Below, piece by piece: positions 1 to 15,339 of a DNA stretch of 64,000 nucleotides (position 1 is its first letter; each line of letters begins with the position of its first letter). The translations under genes and the position numbers were made by a program. This DNA is from Octopus vulgaris. Taxonomy: Eukaryota. Under the pieces are notes generated by a model. That model searched no databases. It saw only the letters and a list, made by a program, of their open reading frames with translations, and had not been told where the DNA came from. The stretch lies in contig OX597833.1 of assembly GCA_951406725.2 (NCBI GenBank), forward strand, positions 45,384,001 to 45,448,000. The letters run 5' to 3'.

Positions 1-266
1 AATCATTAGACACATTCATACGCTAACCAAAGACAAAAAAAAAAAAATCACATACATATATATACGAAAATTCGTATATAGACACATGCAAAGGCAAACC
101 CTAAATCACTGACATACACATGGAAATTTATAGGTAGACAAACGTATTACACAAACCCAAGATTGACACATACATACGCAAACCTCTAAAATCACATACG
201 TATATATGAAAATGCATGCAAAATCGCATGCACACACAAACATTAAAATCACACATACATGCAATT

Positions 267-299
<33 letters not shown>

Positions 300-440
300 A
301 TCTGGTGCTTGACTGAGGAAAGAAAACTTCGAATGACCCGTCCTTGTTTTCTTTGTATCGTCCATCTGGATGTTTTGTTGTCCCTTTTTGTATCACCTAA
401 CTGTCCGGATGTTTTGTGTTCTTGTCCCATTTTGTATTTT

Positions 441-494
<54 letters not shown>

Positions 495-1134
495 AAATAC
501 AAAATGGGACAAGAACTCAAAACATAGCGGCGTACATACACTTTGGTCTCTTATTTGTAACGCCATACTAATACATTTGTTTGTTTGTACTCCACCTGCC
601 TTCGTCTTTTGTTTATTTTCGTATACCTTCCCGTTATATATATATATATATAGAACAAGTGCGTGTACAAACAAATATACTGACTCAACCGAGTACTTTC
701 TCAATCACACCATGCTTAAAAACATTGGCGGTAACGCACCTCCAATGTACATATGAACACATCTCGTTTACTAAGGCTTCTCTCTCTATCTCGTTTGTAT
801 ATGTTGACTGAAACCTTTTCAATTGCATCGCATGAAATCAGTCAGTGGTTTTATGATCCACTCGTTATATCGTAAGATAACTTCTCATCAAATGATTGTC
901 GTTGTTGCTCTTGTAGCAGGAATTATGTTAAATTATCTCTTCAATAATATATGTACATTGATATGTCCACACAGCTACATATATATATATATTCGATATG
1001 TATATAATTTGACAAACATACATGTATGTAAAAGAAATACCGTAATATCTATTGTGGAAGTACTCTATTACATCTATCCAAAATATACATAGATGGAAAC
1101 ACATCAGTATGTATGTGCGTGTATGTATATATAT

Positions 1135-1156
1135 TATCTATCTATCTATCTATCTT

Positions 1157-1249
<93 letters not shown>

Positions 1250-1265
1250 TTATTTATCTATCTAC
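1135..1265. repeat. (TATC)n/(TGTC)n microsatellite, representative of dozens of (TA)n, (CA)n, (TACA)n, (TATC)n, (TAA)n, (GAT)n and (GAA)n tracts in the window
   Basis: Directly visible; other large tracts at 2008-2250, 14088-14320, 17813-17975, 20452-20705, 22398-22632, 40090-40660 and 49440-49875. Confidence 0.98.
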
Positions 1266-1369
1266 CGATCGTTCGATCTATTTCTCTACATGAATATTTG
1301 TGATTCATGTATGTGTGTATATTTATCTACATACGCGTATAAATGCATGTGATATACATATATACATAT

Positions 1370-1446
<77 letters not shown>

Positions 1447-1450
<4 letters not shown>

Positions 1451-1672
1451 TGTGTGTGTTTGTGTGTCTGTGTTTATCCCCCTAGCATTGCTTGACAACC
1501 GATGCTGGTGTGTTTACGTCCCCGTTACTTAGCGGTTCGGCAAAAGAAACCGATAGAATAAGTACTGGGCTTACAAAAACAATAAGTCCCGGGGTCGAGT
1601 TGCTCGATTAAAGGCGGTGCTCCAGCATGGCCGCAGTCAAATGACTGAAACAAGTAAACGAGTAAAAAAAGA
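1447..1672 (+). mobile_element. SINE A, 3' half
   Basis: Matches 3515-3737. Confidence 0.85.
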
Positions 1673-2004
1673 GTATATATATATATACACTCATACATAC
1701 ATATACACACGCACAAACACACACACACACATATATATATATACACATAAATGCATACATACATTAATAGACAGAAAGAATAGATAGATAAATGTATGCT
1801 AAATCATTTAATATATTACATTACAGATTTACACAGACGAATACGCTTGTGTATATAGATGATATCTATGTGTATGTATAAGGATGAGTGTATTTATATC
1901 TGTACATACTTACATACATTTATATACATACATGTGTTTTTATAGGAAAAACGATCCTCCCAAGACACTTGTTTCAACACGACTTTTTCCTCAAGAATCT
2001 TGCA

Positions 2005-2062
<58 letters not shown>

Positions 2063-2195
2063 GTATATATATGTGTATATATATGTGTATATATATGTGT
2101 ATATATATATGTGTATATATATATGTGTATATATATGTGTATATATATATATGTATATATATATGTATATATATGTATATATATGTGTATATATA

Positions 2196-2252
<57 letters not shown>

Positions 2253-2358
2253 ATATGTAGAAAAATACAAACTGGGACAAGAACGTAAAACATTTAGAAG
2301 ACGATACAAAAAACACGGACGGGACATTCGAAGCCTTCAATCTTCAGTCAAGAACCGG

Positions 2359-2394
<36 letters not shown>

Positions 2395-2572
2395 TTTAAA
2401 ATAAGATAAAATCTTTATAAGAATTTATCAAGTAGTTAGCGTGAAAAACCTCATAAGAGAAAAATTTACCAATTTTTCTCTTAAATATATTTATTTATAT
2501 TATATTATAATGCCGTCTATATAATATAATATAATATAACATAATATAATATAATATAATATAATATAATAT

Positions 2573-2654
<82 letters not shown>

Positions 2655-3138
2655 AACTGCTCATAGTTCTAACGATAAGGTGGAGAGAACTCGGTCAGTG
2701 GGCGCTTTTTTTCCATGCCGAACGAAAGGTCATGTGTCACAGTGACCAAGTAAGTTCATGGCGGAGCGCTTGATTTTCGAACTTTAGATGGAATTCGTTT
2801 ATATTTGAAGTCGATAGTCGAACCTGACTGCCACAGTTTAGCGCACGCACGCACTTGTTTATCATGTGATTGTGTGTTTGTCTTTTTTTTGTTGATAGTA
2901 TAATTAATATTTTTTTTTAGCTATGACAAGTTTCAATTCCACTTATCTTTTTTTTTTCTTAATACAAACCCTTTTTAAGTATGTATTTTATGGCTCTGTT
3001 GCAAGAATTAAGTGTTATATTTCAGAAAACGTGGCTGGAAGTCTTTCGAGGATGTGTTAAAATAATCTCAGGAGATTTATTTCGTTTCCCTTGTGTGTGT
3101 TTTATCTTCTACTGTTTTGTTTTCTGCGTGTTATAATA

Positions 3139-3205
<67 letters not shown>

Positions 3206-3299
3206 GAGATACACACATACATACATACGCACATACGTATATATATGTACTTATATACATATGCATACGCGTATATATATATATATATATACATATATA

Positions 3300-3460
3300 G
3301 GCGCAGGAGTGGCTGTTTGGTAAGTAGCTTGCTAACCAGCCACATGGTTCCGGGTTCAGTCCACTGCGTGGCATCTTGGGCAAGTGTCTTCTGCTATAGC
3401 CTCGGGCCGACCAATGCCTTGTGAGTAGATTTGGTAGACGGAAACTGAAAGAAGCCTGTC

Positions 3461-3526
<66 letters not shown>

Positions 3527-3737
3527 ATATGTTTGTGTGTGTTTGTCCCCCCACCATCGCTTGACAACCGATGCTGGTGTGTTTATGTCCCCGTTACCTA
3601 GCGGTTCGGCAAAAAGAGACCGATAGAATAAGTACTGGGCTTACAAAAGAATAAGTCCCGGGGTCGATTTGCTCGACTAAAGGTGGTGCTCCAGCATGGC
3701 CACAGTCAAATGACTGAAACAAGTAAAAGAGTAAGAG
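3300..3737 (+). mobile_element. SINE family A, full length (tRNA-like head, CORE-like ttgggcaagtg segment, internal (TA)n(TG)n, tail ..gaaacaagtaaaagag)
   Basis: A box tggctgtttgg and B box ggttcagtccc; more than 20 copies or fragments in this window. Confidence 0.9.
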
Positions 3738-3966
3738 TATATATATAATATATGCATATATGCATACGTATATGTACATACCTACATATATATGTATATA
3801 TATATATATACATGCATATATGGGTACAGGACAATGAGAAACGAAAACATAAAAACAAAAACATAGAAAACGAACTTTTTTGAACAACGAAAAAAAAATC
3901 AAACAGAGAAACGAGACATGCAACATAAAGAATAATCCCCTTCATCAGTTGTCCCTGTTTCATCTA

Positions 3967-4006
<40 letters not shown>

Positions 4007-4025
4007 TCATCATCATCATCATCGT

Positions 4026-4057
<32 letters not shown>

Positions 4058-4506
4058 CAGAGACATACATACATGTTGTATACACACGTACTTACATGCA
4101 TATGCATACGTATATAAATACATACATACATATGCATGCGTACATGCATACACACATTTGGATGCATACGTACATACACACACCTATGTACATCCATCCA
4201 TCCATCCATCCATCCATCCATACATACATACATACATACATACATACATACATACATACATACATACATACATACATACATACATACATAAGTACATATG
4301 CATGCATAGGTATACACACACATTTTGCTTGGCTGAGTTGTAGAAAATAAAATAGTGTCACTTGTTACTTGGACGCTTTCATTTATTATTTAATGTACAA
4401 GGGTGTGTATGTACGTATGTATGCATATAAATATATAAATGTATGTCTACCTATTATCTGTCTGTCTGCCGCCCTGTCCGTCCGTCTGTCGGTCGGTCCG
4501 TCTGTC

Positions 4507-4577
<71 letters not shown>

Positions 4578-4620
4578 GTCTGTCTGTCTGTCTGTCTGTC
4601 TCTGTCTCTCTCTCTCTCTT

Positions 4621-4690
<70 letters not shown>

Positions 4691-4849
4691 CATCCGACGT
4701 TGCATAATGTTCAATAAGTAGTGTAGTACTCGATCATTTAAAAGAGTAAAAATATTAGAGCCACATAAAACTCATGTAAAATTCAGTTACACAGGGTTTA
4801 AACAAAAATAAACTAAATTTCACATGTTTGTGGGTTTTATATATATATC

Positions 4850-5046
4850 GCCATGTTGAATCGTTAGCCCCTACACGCAATTTTTTCTCTCTCCTTGTTT
4901 CTTTTCTGCGTATCTTTCTGTTGAAGAGCGTAGGCTCGAAACGTAAAAGACTTGTTTTATTTCTATTCCTGAGCGCCATACTAATACATTATTTGTTTGT
5001 ACTCCACCTGCCTTCGTCTTTTGTTTATTTTCATAAACCTTCCCGT
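4850..5046 (+). mobile_element. Family G: (TA)n-embedded element end, probably Penelope-like
   Basis: Shares its 3' end with 560-635; related sequences at 40297-40500 (-) and 39037-39100 (-). Confidence 0.5.
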
Positions 5047-5173
5047 TATATATATATTCAAGTATTCTATCGGTCACTTTTGCCCAATCGCTAAGTTACG
5101 GGGACGTAAACACACAATCATCGGTTGTCAAGCGATGTTGGGGGACAAACACAGACGCACAAACATACACACA

Positions 5174-5256
<83 letters not shown>

Positions 5257-5545
5257 TCTCTCACACACACACACACACACATGCACACGCGTTTCAAATA
5301 TTGAAACAGACCCTTGACAAAGGAACGAACAGAAAATTCAAAAACAAGACAGCCGTGCTCTTTCCTCGTCAGTTATCGTTCAAAAAGATCATTACAATTT
5401 CACGCTTTTAACGATAACATTGTTCAATTTAGGTGGTGTCAGCAGCGAAAAACTGTTGGAAATATCGAACACTGAAGACAGTGATGAAAGCAAACATTGT
5501 ACATAAATGTGAACATACAACAAATAAACAAAATATACCCACTCA

Positions 5546-5595
<50 letters not shown>

Positions 5596-5702
5596 ACATA
5601 CGACGGACTTCTTTCAGTTTCAGTCTACTATATCCACTCATAAACCAGCATTGTTAAGCGCTGAGATGAGGGGGGAGGACAAACACAAACACACACACAT
5701 TC

Positions 5703-5756
<54 letters not shown>

Positions 5757-5887
5757 ATATATATATACATATATACGACGGGCTTCTTTCAGTTTCCCTC
5801 TACCAAATCCATTCATAGTGCTTTAGTCGGCACGAGGCTAGATAGATGGATAGCTATTTGCATGTGGGGATAATAATACTCTTTCAT

Positions 5888-5920
<33 letters not shown>

Positions 5921-6093
5921 GTAATAATAATAATAATAGTTATAAAAATGAAAGAGAAAAGAAAAGAACCCCACAAATATTTTCATGTGATTTATTCAAT
6001 AAAAAAAAGGGGCTGGTATTTCCTTTCTTATTGTCGCCCCAGCTTGATATTTAATGAAGTGTAGTTAGTATATTTGAGATACATGTTATCTGT

Positions 6094-6582
<489 letters not shown>

Positions 6583-6706
6583 TGTATATTTTTCATAATT
6601 TCGTTTATTTTTTTTTTCGGAATGATATGTAGTTGAAAAAAAAAAATCTGACTACTTCATGCAATATAAATGTGAAAATTGAGTTTTGTACGTACACACA
6701 CGCACG

Positions 6707-6801
<95 letters not shown>

Positions 6802-6836
6802 ATTTGGCATATATATATGTATATATATGTATGCAT

Positions 6837-6878
<42 letters not shown>

Positions 6879-6934
6879 AACAGGTGGCCTATATATAACT
6901 ATATATATATGTGTGTGTGTGCATATATATATAT

Positions 6935-8068
6935 AGGTGCAGCCACATGGTTCCTGGTTCAGTTCCACTGCCATCTTGGTGTGTTTACGACCCCGTAACT
7001 TAGAGGTTCGGCAAAAGAACGGCGATAAAATAAGTACTAGGCTTACAAAGAATAAGTCCGGGGGGCGAATTTTTCGACTAAAAGCCGGTGATATGTACTC
7101 TCTTTTACTTGTTTCAGTCATTTGACTGCGGCCATGCTGGAGCACCGCCTTTAGTCGAGCAACTCAACCCCAGGACTTATTCTTTTGTAAGCCCAGTACT
7201 TATTCTATCGGTCTTTTTTGCCGAACCGCTAGGTAACGGGGACGTAAACACACCAGCATCGGTTGTCAAGCAATGCTAGGGGGACAAACACAGACAAACA
7301 AACACACACACGCATATATATACATATATACGACGGGCTTCTTTCAGTTTCCGTCTACCAAATTCACTCACAAGGCTTTGGTCGGCCCGAGGCTACAGTA
7401 GAAGACACTTGCCCAAGGTGCCACGCAGTGGGACTGAACCCGGAACTATATGGTTGGTAAACAAGCTACTTATCACACAGCCACTCCTGCGTCTCTCTTT
7501 TACTCCAGCCACTCTCTTTTACTCTTAACTTGTTTCAGTCATTTGACTGCGGCCATGCTGGAGCACCGCCTTTGGTCGAGCAAATCGACCCCGGGACTTA
7601 TCCTTTGTAAGCCCAGTACTTATTCTATCGGTCTCTTTTGCCGAACCGCTAGGTAACGGGGACATAAACACACCAGCATCGGTTGTCAAGCAATGCTAGG
7701 GAGGACAAACACAGACACACATACATATATTTATACATATATATACATATATACGACAGGCTTCTTTCAGTTTCCGTCTACCAAATCCACTCACAAGGCT
7801 TTGGTCGGCCCGAGGCTATAGAAGAAGACACTTGCCCAAGATGCCACACAGTGGGACTGAACCCGGAACCAAGCTACTTACCACAGCCACTCCTGCGCCT
7901 GTACGTATACATGTGGCTGGGTGGTAAGTAGCTTGCTAACCAACCACATGGTTTCGGGTTCAGTCCCACTGCGTGGCATCTTGGGCAAGTGTCTTCTGCT
8001 ATAGCCTCGGGCCGACCAATGCCTTGTGAGTGGATTTGGTAGACGGAAACTGAAAGAAGCCTGTCGTA

Positions 8069-8145
<77 letters not shown>

Positions 8146-8158
8146 ATATATATATATA

Positions 8159-8207
<49 letters not shown>

Positions 8208-8427
8208 TTGTGTGTTTGTGTTTGTCCCCCTAGCATTGCTTGACAGCCGATGCGGGTGTGTTCATGTCCCCGTTACTTAGCGGTTCGGCAAAAGAGACCG
8301 ATAGAATAAGTACTGGGCTTACAAAAAAGAATAAGTCCCGGGGTCGATTTGCTCGACTAAAGGCGGTGCTCCAGCATGGCCGCAGTCAAATGACTGAAAC
8401 AAGTAAAAGAGTAAAGAGTAAAGAGAG
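6935..8427. mobile_element. Cluster of four SINE A copies: 6935-7090 (+, deleted), 7098-7491 (-), 7512-7899 (-), 7913-8427 (+)
   Basis: Consensus matches in both orientations; the last two are head-to-head about 13 bp apart. Confidence 0.9.
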
Positions 8428-8806
8428 TATATATATATATATATATACGTAGAGAGAATTAAACGACGTCCTTTAGTCTTTTTTTTAAACGTAGTTTTAT
8501 TAGAAAATGTGTTGATACGCCGCTGCAAGTTCTTCCTTTACTTTCATTTCAAGCCAACACTCCTATGTCATAGTGTTTTTTTTTCTGCTTTTCTTTTTTA
8601 TTCTACGACAGCTGCTGAGGTTTTTCATTCACAGCCAAACTTTCCATTCACAGAATTCACGCAGTACTAACCACACTTTACAAGAACGTAATTTGATGCC
8701 AACCTAGTTTAATATGAATTCCACACGTTCCTTCGGGGGAGTGGGTATTGTCTGGTTGTAGAATGGGAATTTAAAAAAAAAAAATACAACTTCCTCCACA
8801 TCCTCT

Positions 8807-8867
<61 letters not shown>

Positions 8868-9421
8868 ACTGCTGCTGCTGCTACTATTACTGCATCGGTT
8901 TCGTTATTATAAAAGAGCTATAAAGTTGGTAGAGGTGGTTAGAGAGTCGGGGTAAATATATATTCCGGTATTTTATTTCATTCTTCAAAGATTTTAAGAT
9001 CGAATTTGACTCTCTTTCCTACCTCCTTCTGAGATTCTGTTAAGTCATTAGCAGTACTAGGATTAGCAGGACTCAATTATTAACTTAATTAGGAGGTTCT
9101 GAGGGCGGCGGGTGAACTGAAACCCATTTAGCATGTTGGCAGAAAAGAATTTTGTTTTTCATCCCGGTTGATTCTGAGTTCAAGTCACGCAGAGTATCAA
9201 GTTTGACTTTCTGCTCCGCCCCGACGTCAGAGAAGCAATAAAAACTATCCTTTATAAAATATGGTACCTCCGTATTTTATTTTCCTGCTACTCTGTCTGT
9301 AATTATAATCCGTCATTATACTGTAGTCTGTCAAGGTGGTTGAGCTGGCACGAAGGGCAAATTGCTTATCGTCTTCAGTTCTGAGTAGGAATTCTACCTA
9401 GGTCGACTTAGCTTTTCATCC

Positions 9422-9830
9422 TCTCTCTTTACTCTTTTACTCTTTTACTTGTTTCAGTCATTTGACTGTGGCCATGCTGGAACACCGCCTTTAGTCGAGC
9501 AAATCGAATCCCGGGACTTATTCTTTGTAAGCCTAGTACTTATTCTATCGGTCTCTTTTGCCGAACCGCTAAGTTACGGAGACGTAAACACACCAGCATC
9601 GGTTGTCAAGCGATGTTGGGGGGACAGACACAAACACACACACACACGCATATATATACATATATACGACAGGCTTCTTTCAGTTTCCGTCTACCAAATC
9701 CACTCACAAGGCTTTGGTCGGCCCGAGGCTATAGTAGAAGACACTTGCCCAAGGTGCCACGCAGTGGGACTGAACCCTGAACCATGTGGTTGGTAAGCAA
9801 GCTACTTACCACACAGTCACTCCTACGCCT
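9422..9830 (-). mobile_element. SINE A nested in a degenerate SINE B (about 9333-9421 and 9835-9940)
   Basis: Consensus match, with SINE B motifs on both sides. Confidence 0.85.
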
Positions 9831-10102
9831 ATCGTAATCGATTAAAAAAACTAAAATAGCTACTAGTTACACACTGGGGTCGATGTAATCGACTCGCACC
9901 CCCACCCCCAAATTTAAGGCCTTGCTTCAATTGCAGAAAGCAAGTGAAAACTAGGAAAAGTTACCCTGGTGTCTATAATTTGCAATAACAAGTGCATGTG
10001 TTCTCGAGTTCAGTCTCGCTGTATGGCACCTTGAGCAAGTATCTTTTACTGCAGTCTGGATCAATGTCTTGTGAAGACTTTGGTAGGAGTGTGTGGAAGT
10101 CC

Positions 10103-10133
<31 letters not shown>

Positions 10134-10182
10134 TGTATGTATGTATGTATGTATGTATGTATACATATATATATATACATAC

Positions 10183-10219
<37 letters not shown>

Positions 10220-10326
10220 CATATATATATATACATATACATACATATATATGAATATATACATACATGTTTACATATACACATATATACATAAATATAT
10301 ATATATACACACACACATATACACAC

Positions 10327-10389
<63 letters not shown>

Positions 10390-11465
10390 GTGTGTGTGTG
10401 TGTGTGTGTATATGGATCTAATATTTCTTATTTGCAAAATGAACCCCCACCCCTTAATTTTGCTCAAATTGCTTTCAACTTTTGGTGTATCGATGCAACT
10501 TTGAATTTCGTTTACGATCAACCAATTACTTTATCACGTAAATTAAAGAATCTGAGGTTATTTGGAATTAAAGTTGGGAAATTTGGGGTAATTTTAGCCA
10601 ATCAACAGACAGTGTGGCATTAGCAGCTTGTTACCATGACAACCGCACGCTGTGTTGTGGTTCACCATTATCTGTGCCGCTGTTGTCTGTGTTGATTTTC
10701 CACACTTGATTCTTCACACCACGTGATTCTTTTCACCTGCGTGTTTTGTTTTAATTTTTCTATGTGTTAGTATATTATATATTTTTCTGTGCTTCTGTGT
10801 GTTAGTATTTTTCTGTGTGTATTTTTACATATTTTTTATTTCATATATTTTTGGGACTCATTGACTCAGATAGCTAGGTTTATGATTTCATCAGGTTAAT
10901 TCTGTTCATGAAAATTTAAATTAGGAGTATTTCTTAACCCGTTACCTTCACATTTCAACAGCTTAACTGGAATTTAGCACACGTAGCAGGAACTGGGAGG
11001 GATATAGTGGAACAGAGAAACTGTGGGTGATACAGATAATTTGACATTATTTTTGAATTCTGCATGCAAAAACGTATAGAGTACAGGTATTCTTTTCCTT
11101 TGGACAAATTCTTAGTTGACCAGTGTTATTCTTATCGTAGTTTACAAATCCAAACATGAAAACGTTAACTTTGGAGTTTTGGAGACATACGCCCCTTCAC
11201 ACACACACACACAAAATGCATAAATGTACATATAAAATTATATGAATACATACATCCACATGCAATTATATATTTATGATGTACACAAATACTTGACAGG
11301 TATACATAATACTGAAATACGCATTAAGTAAATTGAAAAAAGTAATAAAACCATACAATCTATGAAGAGATAAAAGAAACAGTAAGATGATACATGTTGA
11401 TTTTATTAGGTATTTCTGTTTATTTAAAAACCTACGCTAAACTATAAATTTCACAGGGTAAAACC

Positions 11466-11540
11466 TTAACCCTTTAGTATTCACAATAATTTGTCAAATA
11501 TAATCCTTATCTGTTCACATTAATTTTGATTTATTCAGGT
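11466..11540. mobile_element. piggyBac-type terminus (TTAA|CCCTTTAG), possibly the 3' end of the adjacent transposase element
   Basis: TTAA followed by ccctttagtattca; the next ~65 bp resemble the right end of the MITE at 35422-35637. Confidence 0.5.
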
Positions 11541-11769
11541 TTAAATGGGGTGTCCACAATATATGCTTACAACTTTGTTAATTTCCTACATACAGATTTG
11601 AAATTTTGTAAATGGTGCTTATATGCCAGTGGTTTATAATTACGTAATTTTAGCTGATCTTTCTGATCAAATTTGACTTTTATGGGCAGGTAAATCTAAT
11701 TAACAGGTGTAAAAACAATAGCATTATGAATAAACCACTAAAATTCATATTCTTAATGCATCTTACCTA

Positions 11770-12132
11770 CTCTCTCTTTACTCTTTTACTTGTTTCAGTC
11801 ATTTGACTGCGGCCATGCTGGAGCACCACCTTTTAGTACTTATTCTATCGGTCTCTTTTTGCCGAACCGCTAAGTGACGGGGACCTAAACACACCAGCAT
11901 CGGTTGTCAAGCAATGCTAGGGGGACAAACACAGACACACAAACACACGCATACATATATATATACATATATACGACAGGCTTCTTTCAGTTTCCGTCTA
12001 CCAAATCCACTCACAAGGCATTGGTCGGCCCGGGGCTATAGCAGAAGACACTTGCCCAAGATGCCACGCAGTGGGACTGAACCCGCAACCGTGTGGTTTG
12101 TTAGCAAGCTACTTACCACACAGCCACTCCTG
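11770..12132 (-). mobile_element. SINE A with internal deletion
   Basis: Consensus match. Confidence 0.85.
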
Positions 12133-12518
12133 TTTGATTTGTTACTAAAACCGCCAACAATTTTACATTTTTGAAGATGAGGTACATTAATTTGAATTAA
12201 TTAAAATAGAGGTGTAATCGGTACAAGATTTTATTTTTTTCCCTATATTTCATTCAAACATTTTCATTAAAAATAAAGTACAAAACTCTTTCACTAGTCA
12301 ATATACCATTGGCTATGTACTCTTATAGTGTTTTTCCTGTTTTTTTCTGCTTTACGTAACAGAATGCATCTCATAAAAAATCTCATTAGCAAGTGAGACA
12401 AATGTGAATACAGGTATATAACATACTGAAAATTAATATGTATTTCTCATTTTCACATATTATTTATAATAAAATGAAAAGGAATATATGATAAAATAAT
12501 AGTTACAAAATGATATAG

Positions 12519-14020
12519 TTATGATATATTTCTCTCATGAAACTGCCCAAAGCACCATTTACACAACGGCACTTTGCAAAACGAACGCATATACGAAGTC
12601 TCTATATGATACTCTTTTGCAGTTTTTCTTTTTGGCAGCAAACGCAGTCTGCAAACTATTTTTCTTCCATTTATCTTTTCGACTTTATGAAAGTCAATAT
12701 TTTCTCTGTTGATATCCATCTCAGTTAATTTTGCTTTTCTCCCAGTTCTGTGCTTTCTAGACGAAAAGCCCTCACGTAACTGAGATGCGATGTCAACCCG
12801 AAATTTTAAATGGTCATAGTCCTTTTGTGGTGGAGGTACCTTGTGGCTTTTTACATATACAATGTATGCATTTACTATAGTTAAATTAACTAAAATCCAC
12901 AAACTGTACCTCCACCATTTCTTTCCAGGTCGACCAACTGGGTAAAATTCCCGATATTTGTCAGATTTATCAACCCCACTCATATATTTGTTATAACAAA
13001 TATTCACTAGGGGTTTCCCCCCCAGCACCAACACCAGATTGTTCATTAGTAGACAAATAAAATCTGTCTTTTGTCTTTGAAAGCAGTAGCTAATAAATTT
13101 TCCTTTTGCATTTGTAAAATGTTCCCTCTTTTTATAATTTTGTTTTCATTTCATGGGGTAAACCTTTACGGTTACCCATAACAGTACTGCACGTGTAAGT
13201 ACATACACGGGCAAAATTTTCTGCCAAAGCCACTGAAGAAAAAATAAAATGTCAAAATAGAGGTGTCGGTGCTGATGGTGAAATGGTTCAGTAAGAGACC
13301 ATACTACATCATGTCTCAATCCATGCGGTCTGTTTCCATTATATTTTTTTACCTCTGTGAACATCAAAGTTTACACAATATCCATTGTCTGATTCACAAA
13401 CTTCCCATACCTTAATTCCCCATTTAGTGGGTTTGGCAGGTGTGTACTGTCGAAAATGTACTCTGCACTTACAGCCTATCATGGCTTCATCTACACAGAT
13501 TTTTCTCAGGTAGATACACAGTTTTATAACTATTAAGGAGTAAATCAATTACAGGACGTACCTTGTACAGGGGGTCGTAGTTTGGGTCGTTTTTACCGGG
13601 GGCATTAGCAGAATCAGTTAAATGTAAATACTGAGATATTTTCGAATACCACGTCTTCGGCATCATACTTGAGATATACGGATCACCATACCTTATGTCA
13701 GGACTCCAGTAGTTCCCCATTCGAAGAAGCCGTTTAACACCAAATATAATATTGATTGTGGAAAACGCTCTCATTTCTGCAGTATAAGTTGGCTGCCATA
13801 GTGGATCGTTTTTTTCGCGAATAGAGATTATACGTTGCGCGTATTTGTTTGTTTCCTCCGCAACATTTTCAAAAAACCTTTCCGGTAAAAATATAAAATA
13901 GATAGTCCAATGATTGAGCATCAGGAGGTAAATTGTGTTGTGGACCAGTGTTTTCTGTAAAATCAAGAATAGTGATTAGAATTAGTGTTGTAATCTTTGA
14001 CCATGTTGCTATGTTTACGA
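12519..14020 (-). mobile_element. Decayed piggyBac transposase (PGBD4-like), frameshifted over four ORF pieces
   Basis: Motifs EETNKYA, LYKVRPVID, VDEAMI..RQYTPAKPTKWGIKVW, HLYFD, YNKYMSGVDKSD, KKWWR and a C-terminal Cys-rich remnant FCKVPLC..CF..FH, in ORFs 13487-13966, 13339-13548, 13146-13367 and 12519-13046. Confidence 0.9.
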
Positions 14021-14084
14021 TATCATTTTCATCACTTTCATTTTTATCACAATATGTTTTATGGGGTGTTTATTTCTGTCTGTG

Positions 14085-14207
<123 letters not shown>

Positions 14208-14728
14208 TGTATGTATGTATGTATGTATGTATGTATGTATGTGTGTGTATGTATGTATGCATGTATGTATGTATGTATGTATGTATGTATGTATGTATGT
14301 ATGTATGTATGTATGTATGTGTTTTCAACCACTTGGTGTCTATTGTTGAAAAGACTAAATCAAATCAAAATCATATAATCCGCCGATGAAATTATACTCA
14401 TGTCACATAAATGTAAATTTGATGTACAAATTTGTAATTAATTTATTACTGAGTATTAAGTGAAACAGATGTAAGAAGAAAAGATGACCGATTTGTTAAT
14501 AATAAACAGTTATTAATTTCCTAATCTCTATTTTATTTTCTTCTTTTAAATGGATATAAACTCTAATCTCTCTTTAAAAAATATCTTTTGATAAGCATAA
14601 CAAATGCGCAACCGGTAAAAAGAACTTTCACCTAATTAAATTACTTAAATTACTTAAATTATTTTGTCAGCATTTTCTTCATTTCCTTTTTTATATATCA
14701 CAACTCGTGTTCCACATCTCCTTTTTTT

Positions 14729-14774
<46 letters not shown>

Positions 14775-15339
14775 GACACACACGCACACAATTATATATA
14801 AAATGTGTGTGTTTGTGACACTCTGCATCGTTTGACAACCAATGTTGGCTTGCTGTTTACATCGTCGTAGCTTAGCGTTCCATTAAAACCATTCAAGGCG
14901 TTGTTCCAGTTTCGTCGCAGCTGAATGACTGAAACAGATTAAAGAATTAAGGATTTCAGCCAGTAAACAAGATTATTGCTTGACATTGACTTGTAACTTA
15001 CAAACAGCAGTCAACCATATCCCTGGGCCTATTTTGGTCCGGGGTCACATTCTTGGAGGGTTTAGTCGAACAAATCGATCTTGATACATATTTAAAAAAA
15101 ATCTGAAAATTATTCCACCAGTCTCTTTGCTGAACCGCTATTTTACGCGGACGTAAACAAACCTATACCAGTTGTCAAGCAATGGAGGGAGAATGAACAC
15201 AAACATAAAAATACACACGCATAAACATACATACATAGTACGTACATACATACATACATACATACATACATACATACATACGTACGTACATACATACACA
15301 CACACTCACGATTGCACACACACACATATGATTCAGGTA

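Noticed and set aside
2660-2880. CpG-containing promoter-like segment with a GTAAGT
   Set aside because: No diagnostic motif or linked exon; cannot be supported.
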